64,000 bases of DNA from Takakia lepidozioides (taxonomy: Eukaryota > Plantae > Bryophyta): positions 61,566,001 through 61,630,000 of the forward strand of contig CM060733.1 in the NCBI GenBank assembly GCA_030704615.1. The letters run 5' to 3'. The notes under the pieces are model-generated. The model had not been told where the DNA came from. It searched no databases and was given only the letters and a program-made list of their open reading frames with translations. The stretch's first letter is position 1. Every line of letters starts with the position of its first letter. Made by a program: the position numbers and the translations under genes. Shown in pieces: positions 25,487 through 35,839 of this stretch.

Positions 25487-26452
25487 ATGAGTGAAACCAT
25501 GGTGGCCAAATGGGAGAGTGGTATTTTCAATACTATGAAGAAACTACGTGGTTTGGATCCACCACGAGATGATGAATTCGAGCTCGAGACATTTGATTCA
25601 TTTGGCATTCCATATGCACGGTTATGGTGTCATGAATGTCAAAAAGAATATGGGTCCAGGTGCACACTTGATAAAGATCCAAACATGGTGTTGGACAATT
25701 TTTTCAGGAAGCACGTCCGAGGTTGCACCAAACACGAAAAGAATTATGTTGCACGTCGGAAAAGAAAATTGAAAGATGGTGTCCAACTAGTCACTTCCTT
25801 GGTTGCTGAAAATGGACATCCTCCACTTACTTTCCTTCCAATCACATACAACTTCAAAGTTGTGATTGATGAAGCAATTTCTGAACTTGAAGCTTTCAAC
25901 AATGAGAGGGCAGATGCACGTTTTTTGGTAATTGACCATACAATTGATTATAGTGACCATCGGCGTGTGAAATTCAGATGTGAGATATGTCGTGATCGTT
26001 TCTTTCAGCTTTGTCCTCGAACTGGAAATTTGAGGACAAGCATGATAGAACATCTAAAGGCCAATCGTCACATTGTGAATTATGGTAAAGAACAGACTGG
26101 AGAGGAGGAGGGAGGTGTGGCTCTTACTGGGCTCAGAGGTCGACCCAAGAAACGAACTCTTCTTTCAAATCAGACCTCATTGTCCACTTTTTTCCGACGT
26201 GTGGTTTCTAAGCCTAATAATGGGGCGATTGAGTCAAGTTCTTCAGAGGACTTGCGCCCAACTATAGAGAGGAGATCAGAAAAGGTTGATGGAGGCGTTT
26301 GTGATGAAAGGACCGCGGAGGGTTTTTCACCGCTACCATCGTCTTCCGCTGGTTTTTATGTGGAGCTTCCCTTGGAAGAGAGCCGAGAACATCTTCCTAG
26401 TCATTCTCGTTCAACTACTACAACTGCCCCAAGTAAGAGCATAACAAGATGA
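25487..26452 (+). CDS. Single-exon protein with two C2H2/BED-like zinc fingers, an AT-hook and a PIP box, probably transposon-derived
   Basis: Intact 321-aa ORF. CHEC...HVRGCTKH and CEIC...HLKANRH fingers, RGRPKK AT-hook, and QTSLSTFF matching the Qxx[LIM]xxFF PCNA-binding consensus. Confidence 0.65.
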   Translation: MSETMVAKWESGIFNTMKKLRGLDPPRDDEFELETFDSFGIPYARLWCHECQKEYGSRCTLDKDPNMVLDNFFRKHVRGCTKHEKNYVARRKRKLKDGVQLVTSLVAENGHPPLTFLPITYNFKVVIDEAISELEAFNNERADARFLVIDHTIDYSDHRRVKFRCEICRDRFFQLCPRTGNLRTSMIEHLKANRHIVNYGKEQTGEEEGGVALTGLRGRPKKRTLLSNQTSLSTFFRRVVSKPNNGAIESSSSEDLRPTIERRSEKVDGGVCDERTAEGFSPLPSSSAGFYVELPLEESREHLPSHSRSTTTTAPSKSITR

Positions 26453-26717
26453 CACAACAAGAGGAAGAACCCTAAACTCTGAAGTCCATGTGATTCTAAA
26501 CTGTCTGAACGTTTGGTGGCTAGTAACATTTCCAATTGTTGCATGAGTAGATCAACAATCAGCCAAGTACACTCCTTGTCAGATTTCGGCTCTGCACCTA
26601 AGTTTACTACCACTCCTGGAAGGAAATTAAGTACTTTTCCCCACAAGTAATGCTTTAATCTATAGTCCAGACAAACAAAAAGAGCATACGGAAACAGATT
26701 CAGGTAATAAAACCCAC

Positions 26718-27512
26718 CTATTTCTTCACAACAACCTCCTTCTTTGAGAGAGTCAGCTCAAGAGGGCATGGCGATGACATGTAGGCTGCAAGTTGAACTA
26801 GAAGTCACCAGTGGTTATTCTGAAGACCTAAGACGACTGTCTGCTGTACGACGTGGATATTATGTTCTGCAAGCGAGATTAACCAGCTAAGAACCACTGG
26901 AATATATCTCGGCATAGCGAGTCTACCAAACACTTCAAGATATGCTAACATTTTCACATCCTAGGCAAAAATAACCTCTGCTTGGGCTGAGAACCAGCTA
27001 GATTAAAGGGAAAAGGTAAGATGCGCATGACTAGTGCTGCGATCATGTGCTCAGTAGGTTCGGTGGCGCTGCTTCTGGGCCTTATTGACCTGTATGTGTG
27101 AAATGACGAGCGTGTCGACAGCAAGACCGAGTCACAAAACACATGACAAGCAACAAGAAAAATGCCACAGATGTTAATGGCAAGCTAAACTTTTGCAAAT
27201 ACTTGATAGAAGGAGCGGGTATAACTTGAAGCATGATTGCTTCCAAGAGCACTCAAAAATTGGAGAGAGAAGTGAAGGGTGATGAAGTCAATACCTCAGC
27301 ATTGATCTCTGTTTTCTTCAACAATCCAAGCAAGAAAGTAGCAGACTTCACATGCCATCGTCCCTGTCCATTAGAATGTCGCGACTTCGCTTGAGCTGTG
27401 TAGAAACGGCGGAAAGGAATATCTTGTTTGTAGGCTAGCACATCTTCCAAGTACCGCTTGGCCTTCGCAAGCTCAAAGTGCTTGATTGCCTATGCTGCTT
27501 CTCTGGTGTTCT
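26718..27512 (-). pseudogene. RPL17: Intron-retaining pseudogene of 60S ribosomal protein L17 (uL22)
   Basis: Three exon remnants: [35 protein letters not shown](del)[27 protein letters not shown] (~27512-27295); GLAVDTLVISHIQVNKAQKQRHRTY*AH (~27130-27040); YMSSPCPLELTLSKKE..VKK (~26785-26718). In-frame stops and a deletion are present. A telo-box-like AACCCTAG lies upstream at ~28084-28091. Confidence 0.9.
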
Positions 27513-28343
27513 GTAACAATGAGGCAAAACTTCCACATCTCAGTGGACCTATCAAGCATATAGCTGTAATGAAAAAAGCTGACAAATAGCTAATCATGTT
27601 TGCACCTAAAAGTTCGAGATGTAGAGGCCACCACAATATCTTAATACATATGGCCACAACACTTCATGTCATAATCCCTCACGTGGAGATCTCCTAGAAT
27701 AATCTGAAGGAGTACCGCAAATGCAAAAATCCCTCCCCAAGCCGCATTCAGATTCAAGTAAGTTGCCGCACTGTGGCACCTGCGTTTATACCTAATGCAT
27801 TGCTGCTGCGGCTGACGAGTTGGCAGATCACATGAACAAAATGCCAGAGCCTGCACAATGAAGAAAGTTGAACAAAGTCCGCACTGGAACTCTACTATTG
27901 ATGATGCACTTGACAATTCAGGGAATCATCTTCCACAAGATCTTAGCCAGGAAATCTACAGCCATCGGGGACTCCAAGAAGGAGTGCAATCACTACATAG
28001 AGTCTGGAGATGTTGGAAACCACTTAGATAGATCGAGTTGTTGCTGCAGCTGTTGGCGCCGCCACGAGAAAGACGCGGGGAAACTAGGGTTGCTAAGCGT
28101 GAAAAAGGAGGGAAAAGCAAAGAAGAGATCTCAACCGCACAGTACATCTTAGCAAAACTCAAGTGGTCTTAGGGTCAAATCCCATCTACAAATGCAAAAA
28201 AAGACTTGCACCCTTATATGTATATATAAATTTTGTAAAGTTTATATAAATGCATTACCCCTCCGTATACTTAAACATTTTGACAATCATACCCCTGCCC
28301 GTACATATATTTCGTACAAGATTTTTTTTCAAAACCCCCTGTG

Positions 28344-29107
28344 CGGAAAAATATTGATCTCACATGGTGTTGTAGCCTAATGAAAGAGTGGACCCCCCCC
28401 CCCCCCCCCCCCCCCCAGATCACGTTGACATCCCATACGTCGCACGCACTGCAGCCTCTAGACGTCTCCGTGTTCAAGCCTTTCAAGTCTACGTTTCGGA
28501 ACTATAGGGACGTGTGGAGTATAGCAAACAAAGGGAAGGCAGCCAAGAAAGAGAATCTAGTGCAATGAGTTTCTTTGGGACTGAAAAAAACATTGTCAGA
28601 AGTGAACATTAAAAAATGATTCTCCACCACAGGGATTTGGCCTCTGAGGCCTACTGCCATGGCAAACAAGATGGGGCCATGATCTAGTTTTGCACAAGAG
28701 CCACCTGCAGCAAATGAAGATCACACCAGCTGCATTGACGATCAGGCAGCAGATGAGGACCAGAGACGAGATCCAGCTATTGAGGAGGTGATTGGCAATA
28801 TGGTTTCCGAAACCCAAGAAGAGTGTATGCACTATTATGTGCAGATGGAGGACGATGAGGAGCCCACAAATGAGGTTGTTGATGAGGATATCCTTGCAAG
28901 CAGCCAGGAGTCTCAACCACTTGCCCCCGATCGGGAACTGTCAATGCTTGCATACACGGGTCCGAACAGTATAGCCTCACCCTACTAGAGGCTCCTGCAC
29001 CCAACATAAGGCGAGTGACTCAAGATGGACAAGTTTTGATCGATTATTCTAAATCCATAATTATGACTAGTGACGACTACGTCAATTCCCTGGAGCAGAA
29101 AGCACTA
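28344..29107 (+). mobile_element. pogo/Fot1-like transposase remnant, left copy of the duplicated target
   Basis: SHTSHALQPLDVSVFKPFK...NIKK.FSTTGIWP is the pogo DDE_1 C-terminal signature. Contains in-frame stops. Nearly identical to 41004-41764. Confidence 0.85.
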
Positions 29108-29453
29108 TGTCAAGTTAAATAAGCACAGTGTGAAAACAGCTAGAATAAAACTAGTTATTTGTATTTAACACTTGGATTTAGGTCAAGTGTTAAATCAGGT
29201 GTCAAGTTTAGTTTGACACCTGGTCCGTCTTATCTTCACGAGAGCGGCAGTCGCGCAGCTCATCTTTCTCGAGTTGAGCCTGCGCGACCGAGCTCCTTCA
29301 TGCGTTTAGATCTGAGTGTGCTTATGATGGGAGTGTAGGTTGTTGTGGGGTGGAGTCCCCATAGCTTGGGGTGCCCCTGGCTCGACTTCTATTTCTAAGA
29401 GTGATGGTTTGGTTTTCATGCTTTGCATCGTGTGTGTCCTTAGCTTTCTTATC
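29108..29453 (+). repeat. Terminal direct repeat segment B1 (346 bp)
   Basis: Identical to 40572-40917 except for two C/T differences seen by eye. Confidence 0.95.
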
Positions 29454-29454
29454 A

Positions 29455-29470
29455 CTCGAGAGAGATGAGC
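29455..29470 (+). promoter_or_regulatory. Putative self-priming primer-binding site
   Basis: CTCGAGAGAGATGAGC immediately after B1 is complementary to GCTCATCTTTCTCGAG at 29258-29273 (15 Watson-Crick pairs plus 1 G-U). No TGG-type tRNA PBS. Confidence 0.65.
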
Positions 29471-30322
29471 TTGCATCTGTGAGTGCCAGAGGTGAGTTTA
29501 GTTTTAGCACTTGTGGTTTTTGTTTTGAAAGTGAGAGAGACGGGGGCTCTATGTTGGTTAAAACTTGAGCTGCAGGTTTCTCTGGTAGATTCTAGCCTTG
29601 CGATTGATCATCAACTTGTCGTTGGTTTTCCTATGCCTGCCCCTAGTTTGCATGTGATCGAAGGCCTTCCTATGTCGGAGGCACCGGTGGTTCTTTACGC
29701 ATATATCAAGGGTCTCCACTTCCGAAAGGCAGATGCGCTCTTGTTGGATAAGTGATCCGGCGGCATTAGTTCGTCAGGTTCACAGTGTCATCGGCGACGA
29801 GCTTGCCTTACGCAGGTGTGGGTTAAAACAGTGCTATCAGGCCAGTAATCCAGGGAATCAACACACGAAGCTTCTGGACTGTGGCTCTTCTCCTGAGAAG
29901 GGGCTGCTGGGGAAGCCAACGTCATAGCTGAGCGCACATTCCAACTGGGTGCTTGGGTTGAGCCCTCCAGCAACGATGCTGACGAGGATGTAAAGGCTAG
30001 AATGGGCAGGGAGCTCCATCGGCTGGTCCTAAGTATAAAGCAAGAAATTGAAGCTGTTTCTTCTTCCCTGCTCTCTTGTTCGCAAAAGCCTGACCTTCGT
30101 CGTCCCCTATGCGCAGATGTGATCACAGAGGCTTGGATACTAAGTATCTGCAGCAGCAATGGATGCCATTAGATTTCCCGTTGCCATGGCCACTGGACGA
30201 CGAGAGGCCCTTGCAGCAACTGCAGAATCAGACAATGATAATTGTTGGTGACTTTGTCAGCTCCACCAAGCTTGCTAAAGCTCTCCTATGTGCTCTGGCC
30301 ACCGTTGCTCCTGTGGAGGTCC

Positions 30323-31050
30323 ATCTGCTGGTTCTAGAGTATCCTCCTGCATGTCCTCCGCCCAAATGCCCAGGGTTTATGATATGGTCGTACAATACAG
30401 ACACTAATCTGTAAAACCAGAATGCCTCCTGCTTGTGCTGGATGAACCGCAGCTGCGACGCAGGCCTTGAGACGCTTTGGTCTGCACTGACAGCCCGCAA
30501 TCGAAGACCGCTACTGTTTCTCCTTCTGCTCACATGCACGCTCCAGTTCTTGGCTTATAATTGCCCGCTGAGCAACAAGCCTGTCGACGCTAACCTATGT
30601 AAGCATGATGATGAGCTCAAACCTGCAGGATATCCCGAGAGAAGCCTTTGTTGGTTGTCCACAACTGTCACCGGCTTCCACTGCCATTGCAACGATGGTG
30701 CGGCCATCCTTGCAGCCATTGCCATCGCTGAACAAAACCCAATTCAAAAACAGCCTGACTTACTTCAGATTTGCCTCGATGATCCTACCTTGGTGGTGTA
30801 GATGTTGGTGGCGGCACGGGATTCGCCACATTGGGGATTGGAAAAACTGTGGATGCCAAGAATGTGAGCATTCTGGATCAATCTCCTCACCAGCTTGCTA
30901 AAGCAAAGGAGAAGGCACCTCTCAAGGAGTGCACGATTATTGAAGGGGATGCAGAGGACTTGCCGTTCGCGACCGACTACGCGGATCAATATGTGTCTGC
31001 ATGAAGCATTGAGTACTGGTCAGATCCACAGCATGGTATCAGGGAGGCAG
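30323..31050. pseudogene. VTE3: Captured fragment of MPBQ/MSBQ methyltransferase (VTE3/APG1) with the 5' part inverted
   Basis: Minus strand ~30719-30323: transit-peptide-like sequence, then RPASQLRFIQHKQEAFWFYR..YDHIINPGH/WAEDMQEDTLEPAD. Plus strand ~30775-31050: LDDPTLVV/DVGGGTGF.TLGI.KTVDAKNV.ILDQSPHQLAKAK.K.PLKEC.IIEGDAEDLPF.TDYAD.YVSA*SIEYW.DPQ.GIREA. Stops and frameshifts present. Confidence 0.92.
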
Positions 31051-31623
31051 TCGAGTTGAAGTGCAGGCTGCCGGTAATCTCCCTCCATGCGAGCTGGAAC
31101 TTACGGGAAACGACCTGAGAGTCAGCAATGATAAGTATGTGGGACGGACACCTGAACAAATGCAGCTGAGGGATGACGAAGCGGCAACGCGGTCCATCAT
31201 GGAGGAGAAGCCGATCGGAGTCCAACAAATCGAGCTGCTCCGTGGTAATGGCGAGGCGACCCCAAAACAACAGAGAACTACATGAACATGTTCGGAACCT
31301 GTAGATAACCTGGGAACAGTTTTTAATGGTGAGAACGTTTTGGTGTTAAAATAAATAAATTAAAAAAAAAAACCTTTTTTTTTATCTAATTCAAATGATT
31401 TAGAGCTTGGTTGGTCATATCTTTGTCAAATGGACTCCGTTTGACTCAGTTTTTGGGAGGATAGCTGCAGAAAGGGGAAATCTACCTACCTAGACTCTTT
31501 TGGGACTCTGCTAAAAATCTATGGAATTTTTAGAGTGTGAGTGTGCCATAAAAGATCCACAATCCTGTCTCTAGAACCTGTGCTGGTCTATATGAGAGAC
31601 AAATTTGTGGATGTACTCCTTGC

Positions 31624-32250
31624 ATGGCTGGGGGAAATGAGGACGTAATTGAAGGGCAGGTCTCTTCTCTTAGCCTGTGCACACAAGGGGACAGGATTTA
31701 TGTTTCCCAAGGAACTCAGACTGATTTGAGTGGAGAACAGTTGGACGAGTTGATTGCATACTGGGAGTCAGGCATTAGCAGTAGACAACAGACTGCTGTA
31801 GTTGGCATTGAGGGCCTCAATATCGCCTTGGACAGTCAGAACTCTGTTGGAGCCAGCAGTTCTGCAGCTGTAGGTGAAATACCAAAGTGGGTGAAAGCTA
31901 GGCTTGGAACACAGCCAAAGACAGCCCCGGGGACCAAGGTGTTCAGCCACAAGGCCGTGGTGTACTGGAGCAGAGGAGCAGGAGCTACACAAGTTTGTGC
32001 AATCAGACATGGTTGCAGCCGGATACGCTCTGCACAGGGCAACCACGAGCGGGGGTTCATCAGCAATGACATGTTTGTTGTGCGTGAAGGAGATGCAGTC
32101 ATTCGCAATGAGGACACCCGCAACCGTCTCAAAGCTTTCGAGTTGAGAGACTATCAGACCCTACCTTTGTTTTCTTTAGTGTTCAGTGAGCGGGAGATAG
32201 GGAGTATTGCTTTGTCTCTACCTGGCAGAAAGAGGAGGAGGGTTGGTTAG
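31624..32250 (+). CDS. Extra 208-aa ORF upstream of gag, function unknown
   Basis: ATG-initiated, uninterrupted, sense-oriented ORF within the element leader, ending in a basic RKRRR tail. Confidence 0.4.
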   Translation: MAGGNEDVIEGQVSSLSLCTQGDRIYVSQGTQTDLSGEQLDELIAYWESGISSRQQTAVVGIEGLNIALDSQNSVGASSSAAVGEIPKWVKARLGTQPKTAPGTKVFSHKAVVYWSRGAGATQVCAIRHGCSRIRSAQGNHERGFISNDMFVVREGDAVIRNEDTRNRLKAFELRDYQTLPLFSLVFSEREIGSIALSLPGRKRRRVG

Positions 32251-32892
32251 AGCGAGCTACTGTAGCTTGGGACAAGGTTAGTGGCAGGTTTCTGGACATA
32301 GATATACCTCCTACACCTTACCATCATGCAGAGCGAGGCACTTTGAGAGAAGTCTGGCAGTTGATAGCATAGATCAGGATTAGATCTTGCTTGGTCGGGC
32401 TTCTATTCTTCCCCTCCATCTCTGTACTATTTTCATTACCTTGTACTTGTAGTTGCCAAAGCCTCTCTTGGTGGAGGCCAGTCAGTCCGGGGTTTTGGGC
32501 TGGGATATTCTGCAGGATCAGCATTGCAGCTGGATTTTGGTGTGGGGGTGTTGATGTTTTGATTTCTTGTGTTTGGATCCCCCCCAACACCTGCATGCTT
32601 GACTGTGCGCCATGTTGGTTTTGTGTGGGCGCTTGCTTTCATAGGGATTAGGCCGGATTTGATCACCGGTCAATCCTAGAGTATGCTGTCGGTGGTGAGG
32701 CTGGAGTGATGACCAGCAAGACCACCAGTGTTTCTTCTATGGTGAGGCTGGGTTGATGACCAGCCAACCATAGGAGTTCTTGCGGTGGATGCAGGTGCAG
32801 GTGCCCTGAGCCATTGGGATATGACCCTTAAAACTGCAACAGGTGCCCACCCGTGTCACTATTAGATTAGTACTAGAGCCTTATAGTGTCAC

Positions 32893-34494
32893 GTGGAGGA
32901 GGTGCACATTGTGAGTGTCATTACGGAGTTACCCAAGGGTTTTGAGGGGAGTACGGCTACAGGCAGTAACAGTGAGAGTGGGTTCACAAGACGAGGTATT
33001 CGGTTCAGACCACCTTCACCGCCACCCTCAATTACTGTAGAGTCAGACACAGACTCGGAGGCTTCATCAACAGGTGTGCACTTTCATTCGCCATTGTTGT
33101 GGGACGACATGGAGGAGATGTATGGAGCTACCAAGGGGCCTCGTAGGTACTCTGGAGCTGTGGGCACAATCGAGTTGGATGACTTTATCCAGGAGTTCGA
33201 CAGCTGGTGTGATTTGCAGCAGATGCGCAATCCACAGCTATTCACCCCATTCATGGCGTGGAAGGGACTGTTCCAGCATTTGGAAGGCCCGCCTATGGAC
33301 GATTACCACGAGTTCAGGCGAGGACATGAAGCAGAGATTGAGGAGTGGAGGATGTATTGGTCACCTGACTACGTCTCCATTACTCGAGGCACGACGCGAC
33401 CAGTAGCTGCATCAGTACCAATAGCTCCCACTGCCAGCACTAGTAGTGGAGCAGGTAGTGCTGGTACTTCTGCAGGTGGTACCAGTTCAAAAGGTGCTAC
33501 TACTCCTCCTGCCACAACTACAACACATGTGCCTAGATTCAACCCGGTGGTGGAGTTCTTCCAGGAGTTGCGGAGGAACTACCAAGGTGTACGGACAGAG
33601 AAGCTGCGAAGTTTGCAAGACTTCCAGCGCAAACCCAGTGAGAGCCTGCGAGAGGCGTACACTCGTATGAGGCGCTTGATAAGTGTGACCCAAGGGGTTA
33701 CTGAAGCTCAGGCAATCCAGTTTTGGTATGGAATTCTGGACAAGGAGCTCAAGAGAAGGGTGCGAGATGCAACCCTGTTACAAGCAGCCCAACCCACATT
33801 AGCAGATGTGTTTCTGCTGGCTGAGCGGATTGAGCTCAACATGGTGGAGGAGCGAGTTGTTACAATTGGATTTGGCAAGGACATGCCTGTACGGGGCACA
33901 GCTGTCAGCCCACAGGCACAAGGGACTGCCCAACAGCGTGGTCAGGGGGGCAAGGTTGCCCAGCCCAAGTTCCATGGAGCTTACAGGGGACCTCAGGTGC
34001 AGAGGCCCGTGGCATCTTTTGCAGGCCAACAGCAACCAGGGGTGATATGTTGGACATGTGGAGGACCCCATGTCAAAAGAGATTGCCCAGAGAATGGCAG
34101 AAGGCCGGCACAAGCACAGCCTGCACAGTTGCAGTGTGGGCATTGTGGCAAGTATGGGCATGGAGATGCCCAGTGTTATGACTTGCATCCTGAGTTGCGC
34201 CCAGGCCAGTTCCAAGGGAACAATGGTGGCCGGGGGCGAGGTGGACCAGCCCAAAGAGGACGAGGTGGTCGGGCACGAGGTGCAGGCCAAGGGCAAGCTC
34301 CACATGGCCAAGGACGCGGAGGTCAGGGTGTTGACCAAGGCATGGCCAATCGGCTTCAGCAGCTAGAGCAGAGGCTCGCTGCCATGGCTATAGCTCAGGC
34401 GGTACCGGCTCCCAGGCGGGATGGTCCACCTCCTGCTCCTGAGGGAGGAGATATGGGAGGCATGGGATTATGTGCGGAGCAGCACTACCACTAG
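32893..34494 (+). CDS. gag: Gag with two zinc knuckles and an RGG-rich region
   Basis: Retrotransposon-gag-like FQRKPSESLREAYTRM. Knuckles CWTCGGPHVKRDC and CGHCGKYGHGDAQC. The reading continues in the -1 frame (..ESAAAVTR..). Confidence 0.9.
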   Translation: MEEVHIVSVITELPKGFEGSTATGSNSESGFTRRGIRFRPPSPPPSITVESDTDSEASSTGVHFHSPLLWDDMEEMYGATKGPRRYSGAVGTIELDDFIQEFDSWCDLQQMRNPQLFTPFMAWKGLFQHLEGPPMDDYHEFRRGHEAEIEEWRMYWSPDYVSITRGTTRPVAASVPIAPTASTSSGAGSAGTSAGGTSSKGATTPPATTTTHVPRFNPVVEFFQELRRNYQGVRTEKLRSLQDFQRKPSESLREAYTRMRRLISVTQGVTEAQAIQFWYGILDKELKRRVRDATLLQAAQPTLADVFLLAERIELNMVEERVVTIGFGKDMPVRGTAVSPQAQGTAQQRGQGGKVAQPKFHGAYRGPQVQRPVASFAGQQQPGVICWTCGGPHVKRDCPENGRRPAQAQPAQLQCGHCGKYGHGDAQCYDLHPELRPGQFQGNNGGRGRGGPAQRGRGGRARGAGQGQAPHGQGRGGQGVDQGMANRLQQLEQRLAAMAIAQAVPAPRRDGPPPAPEGGDMGGMGLCAEQHYH

Positions 34495-35029
34495 AGCAGG
34501 TGGAGTCTGCTGCAGCCGTGACTCGAGGAGCAGCACGAGTTCCTGAGCCACGAGGTGCAGAGGTGGAATTGGATCCACAGCGTGGGGAGGCAAGCCGTCA
34601 GGCAAGGCTTCCTCAGTCATTCACATTGGCGGAGACTGTGTCGACGCCATCCATGGCACCTAGTTCTCGCCCGACTGTTACCGAGGCGGAGGTTACTATG
34701 CCATTGGGGAGAGCTACACGTGCAGCACTTGACACCTGCTGCCAAGGCTAGTGCGCCGGTGTGTTATTGGGGGCAGCCACCTCTGTGTGTCAGCCCCACT
34801 GTTCTCGGCAACATGATTGCGACGCCGGGGTGAGACCAGCTGCAGTGTTCAGACTAGCAGCAACACTCTGTGAGAGTGGGGAGGTCACTTCATCTTCTGC
34901 GGAGTTAGTGGAAGGTGTAGTGGCAGAGGGATCCTCGGATTTGAGGGTCAAGACTGCCACGGCTGCGCCATGGCAAGTTGCAGCTGCCAGGTTGACGGAG
35001 CTGCCAGCTAGGCCAGCCTTGAGCGCGCC

Positions 35030-35470
35030 ATGGTGACACCTGGAGTTGTCTTGTTAGACAACCAGGGAGGCATTTTCACTTTGAGTGGACCGGCAGGCAA
35101 GAAGTACCGGCCACTGCGGGTCTTGTTGGACTCAGGAGCTCAGCCACTGATGTTGGGCAGAGCTGCTATTGCAGGTTTGGGCCTCATGGAGGCGGATATG
35201 GAGCCTTGTCCTTTCCAGATACAGACATCTCTGGGAGGATCAGAGCAGGCTCGCGGCATGACACGGCATCAGTTGGCTATTAGACTGCAGCCGGATCATC
35301 CTGTAGATGGCTCAGTGATGCGAGCCAAGGCCATTGTGACAGACGCGGTCTCTTACGATGTCCTCGTTGGTGGGGCAGTGTTATACCCCATGGGCTTCAC
35401 CCTGGATTTCTGGGAGGAGTCAGCATCCTACAGGCCTGGATGGCAGTCAGGGGATGGTCGCCGTGCACAG
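35030..35470 (+). CDS. Aspartic protease domain of pol
   Basis: VLLDSGA catalytic motif and YDVLVG..L C-terminal motif. Confidence 0.88.
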
Positions 35471-35839
35471 CTCCCTGTGACATTCATTGGGGGTATTGCA
35501 GCTGCCCAGCGGGGCAAGATGCCAACACTAGCCGCCTTCACAGCTGCAGTTAGTTGGCCTGGAGAGTTGCTGGAAGGCAATGCCCATGCAGAGGATGTGC
35601 CACCTCCAGCAGAGCAGGATGACATGCATGGTACGGCGGAGTTGCCTGCCATGGTTGCTCACACTCCGTTGTGGGGTACGAGCAAGGATTTGCAGCAAGC
35701 TGCTGATGGACGGGTGCAACAAGCTTGGGAAGAAGCTTTTGTACCGTCAGGAGAGGAGGAGAGTGCGGTGATTGCACCAGGGCCACCTCAGTTGTCACCA
35801 TTGGACACCACACCTCTTGTGTGGCAGCGGCCGGATGAA

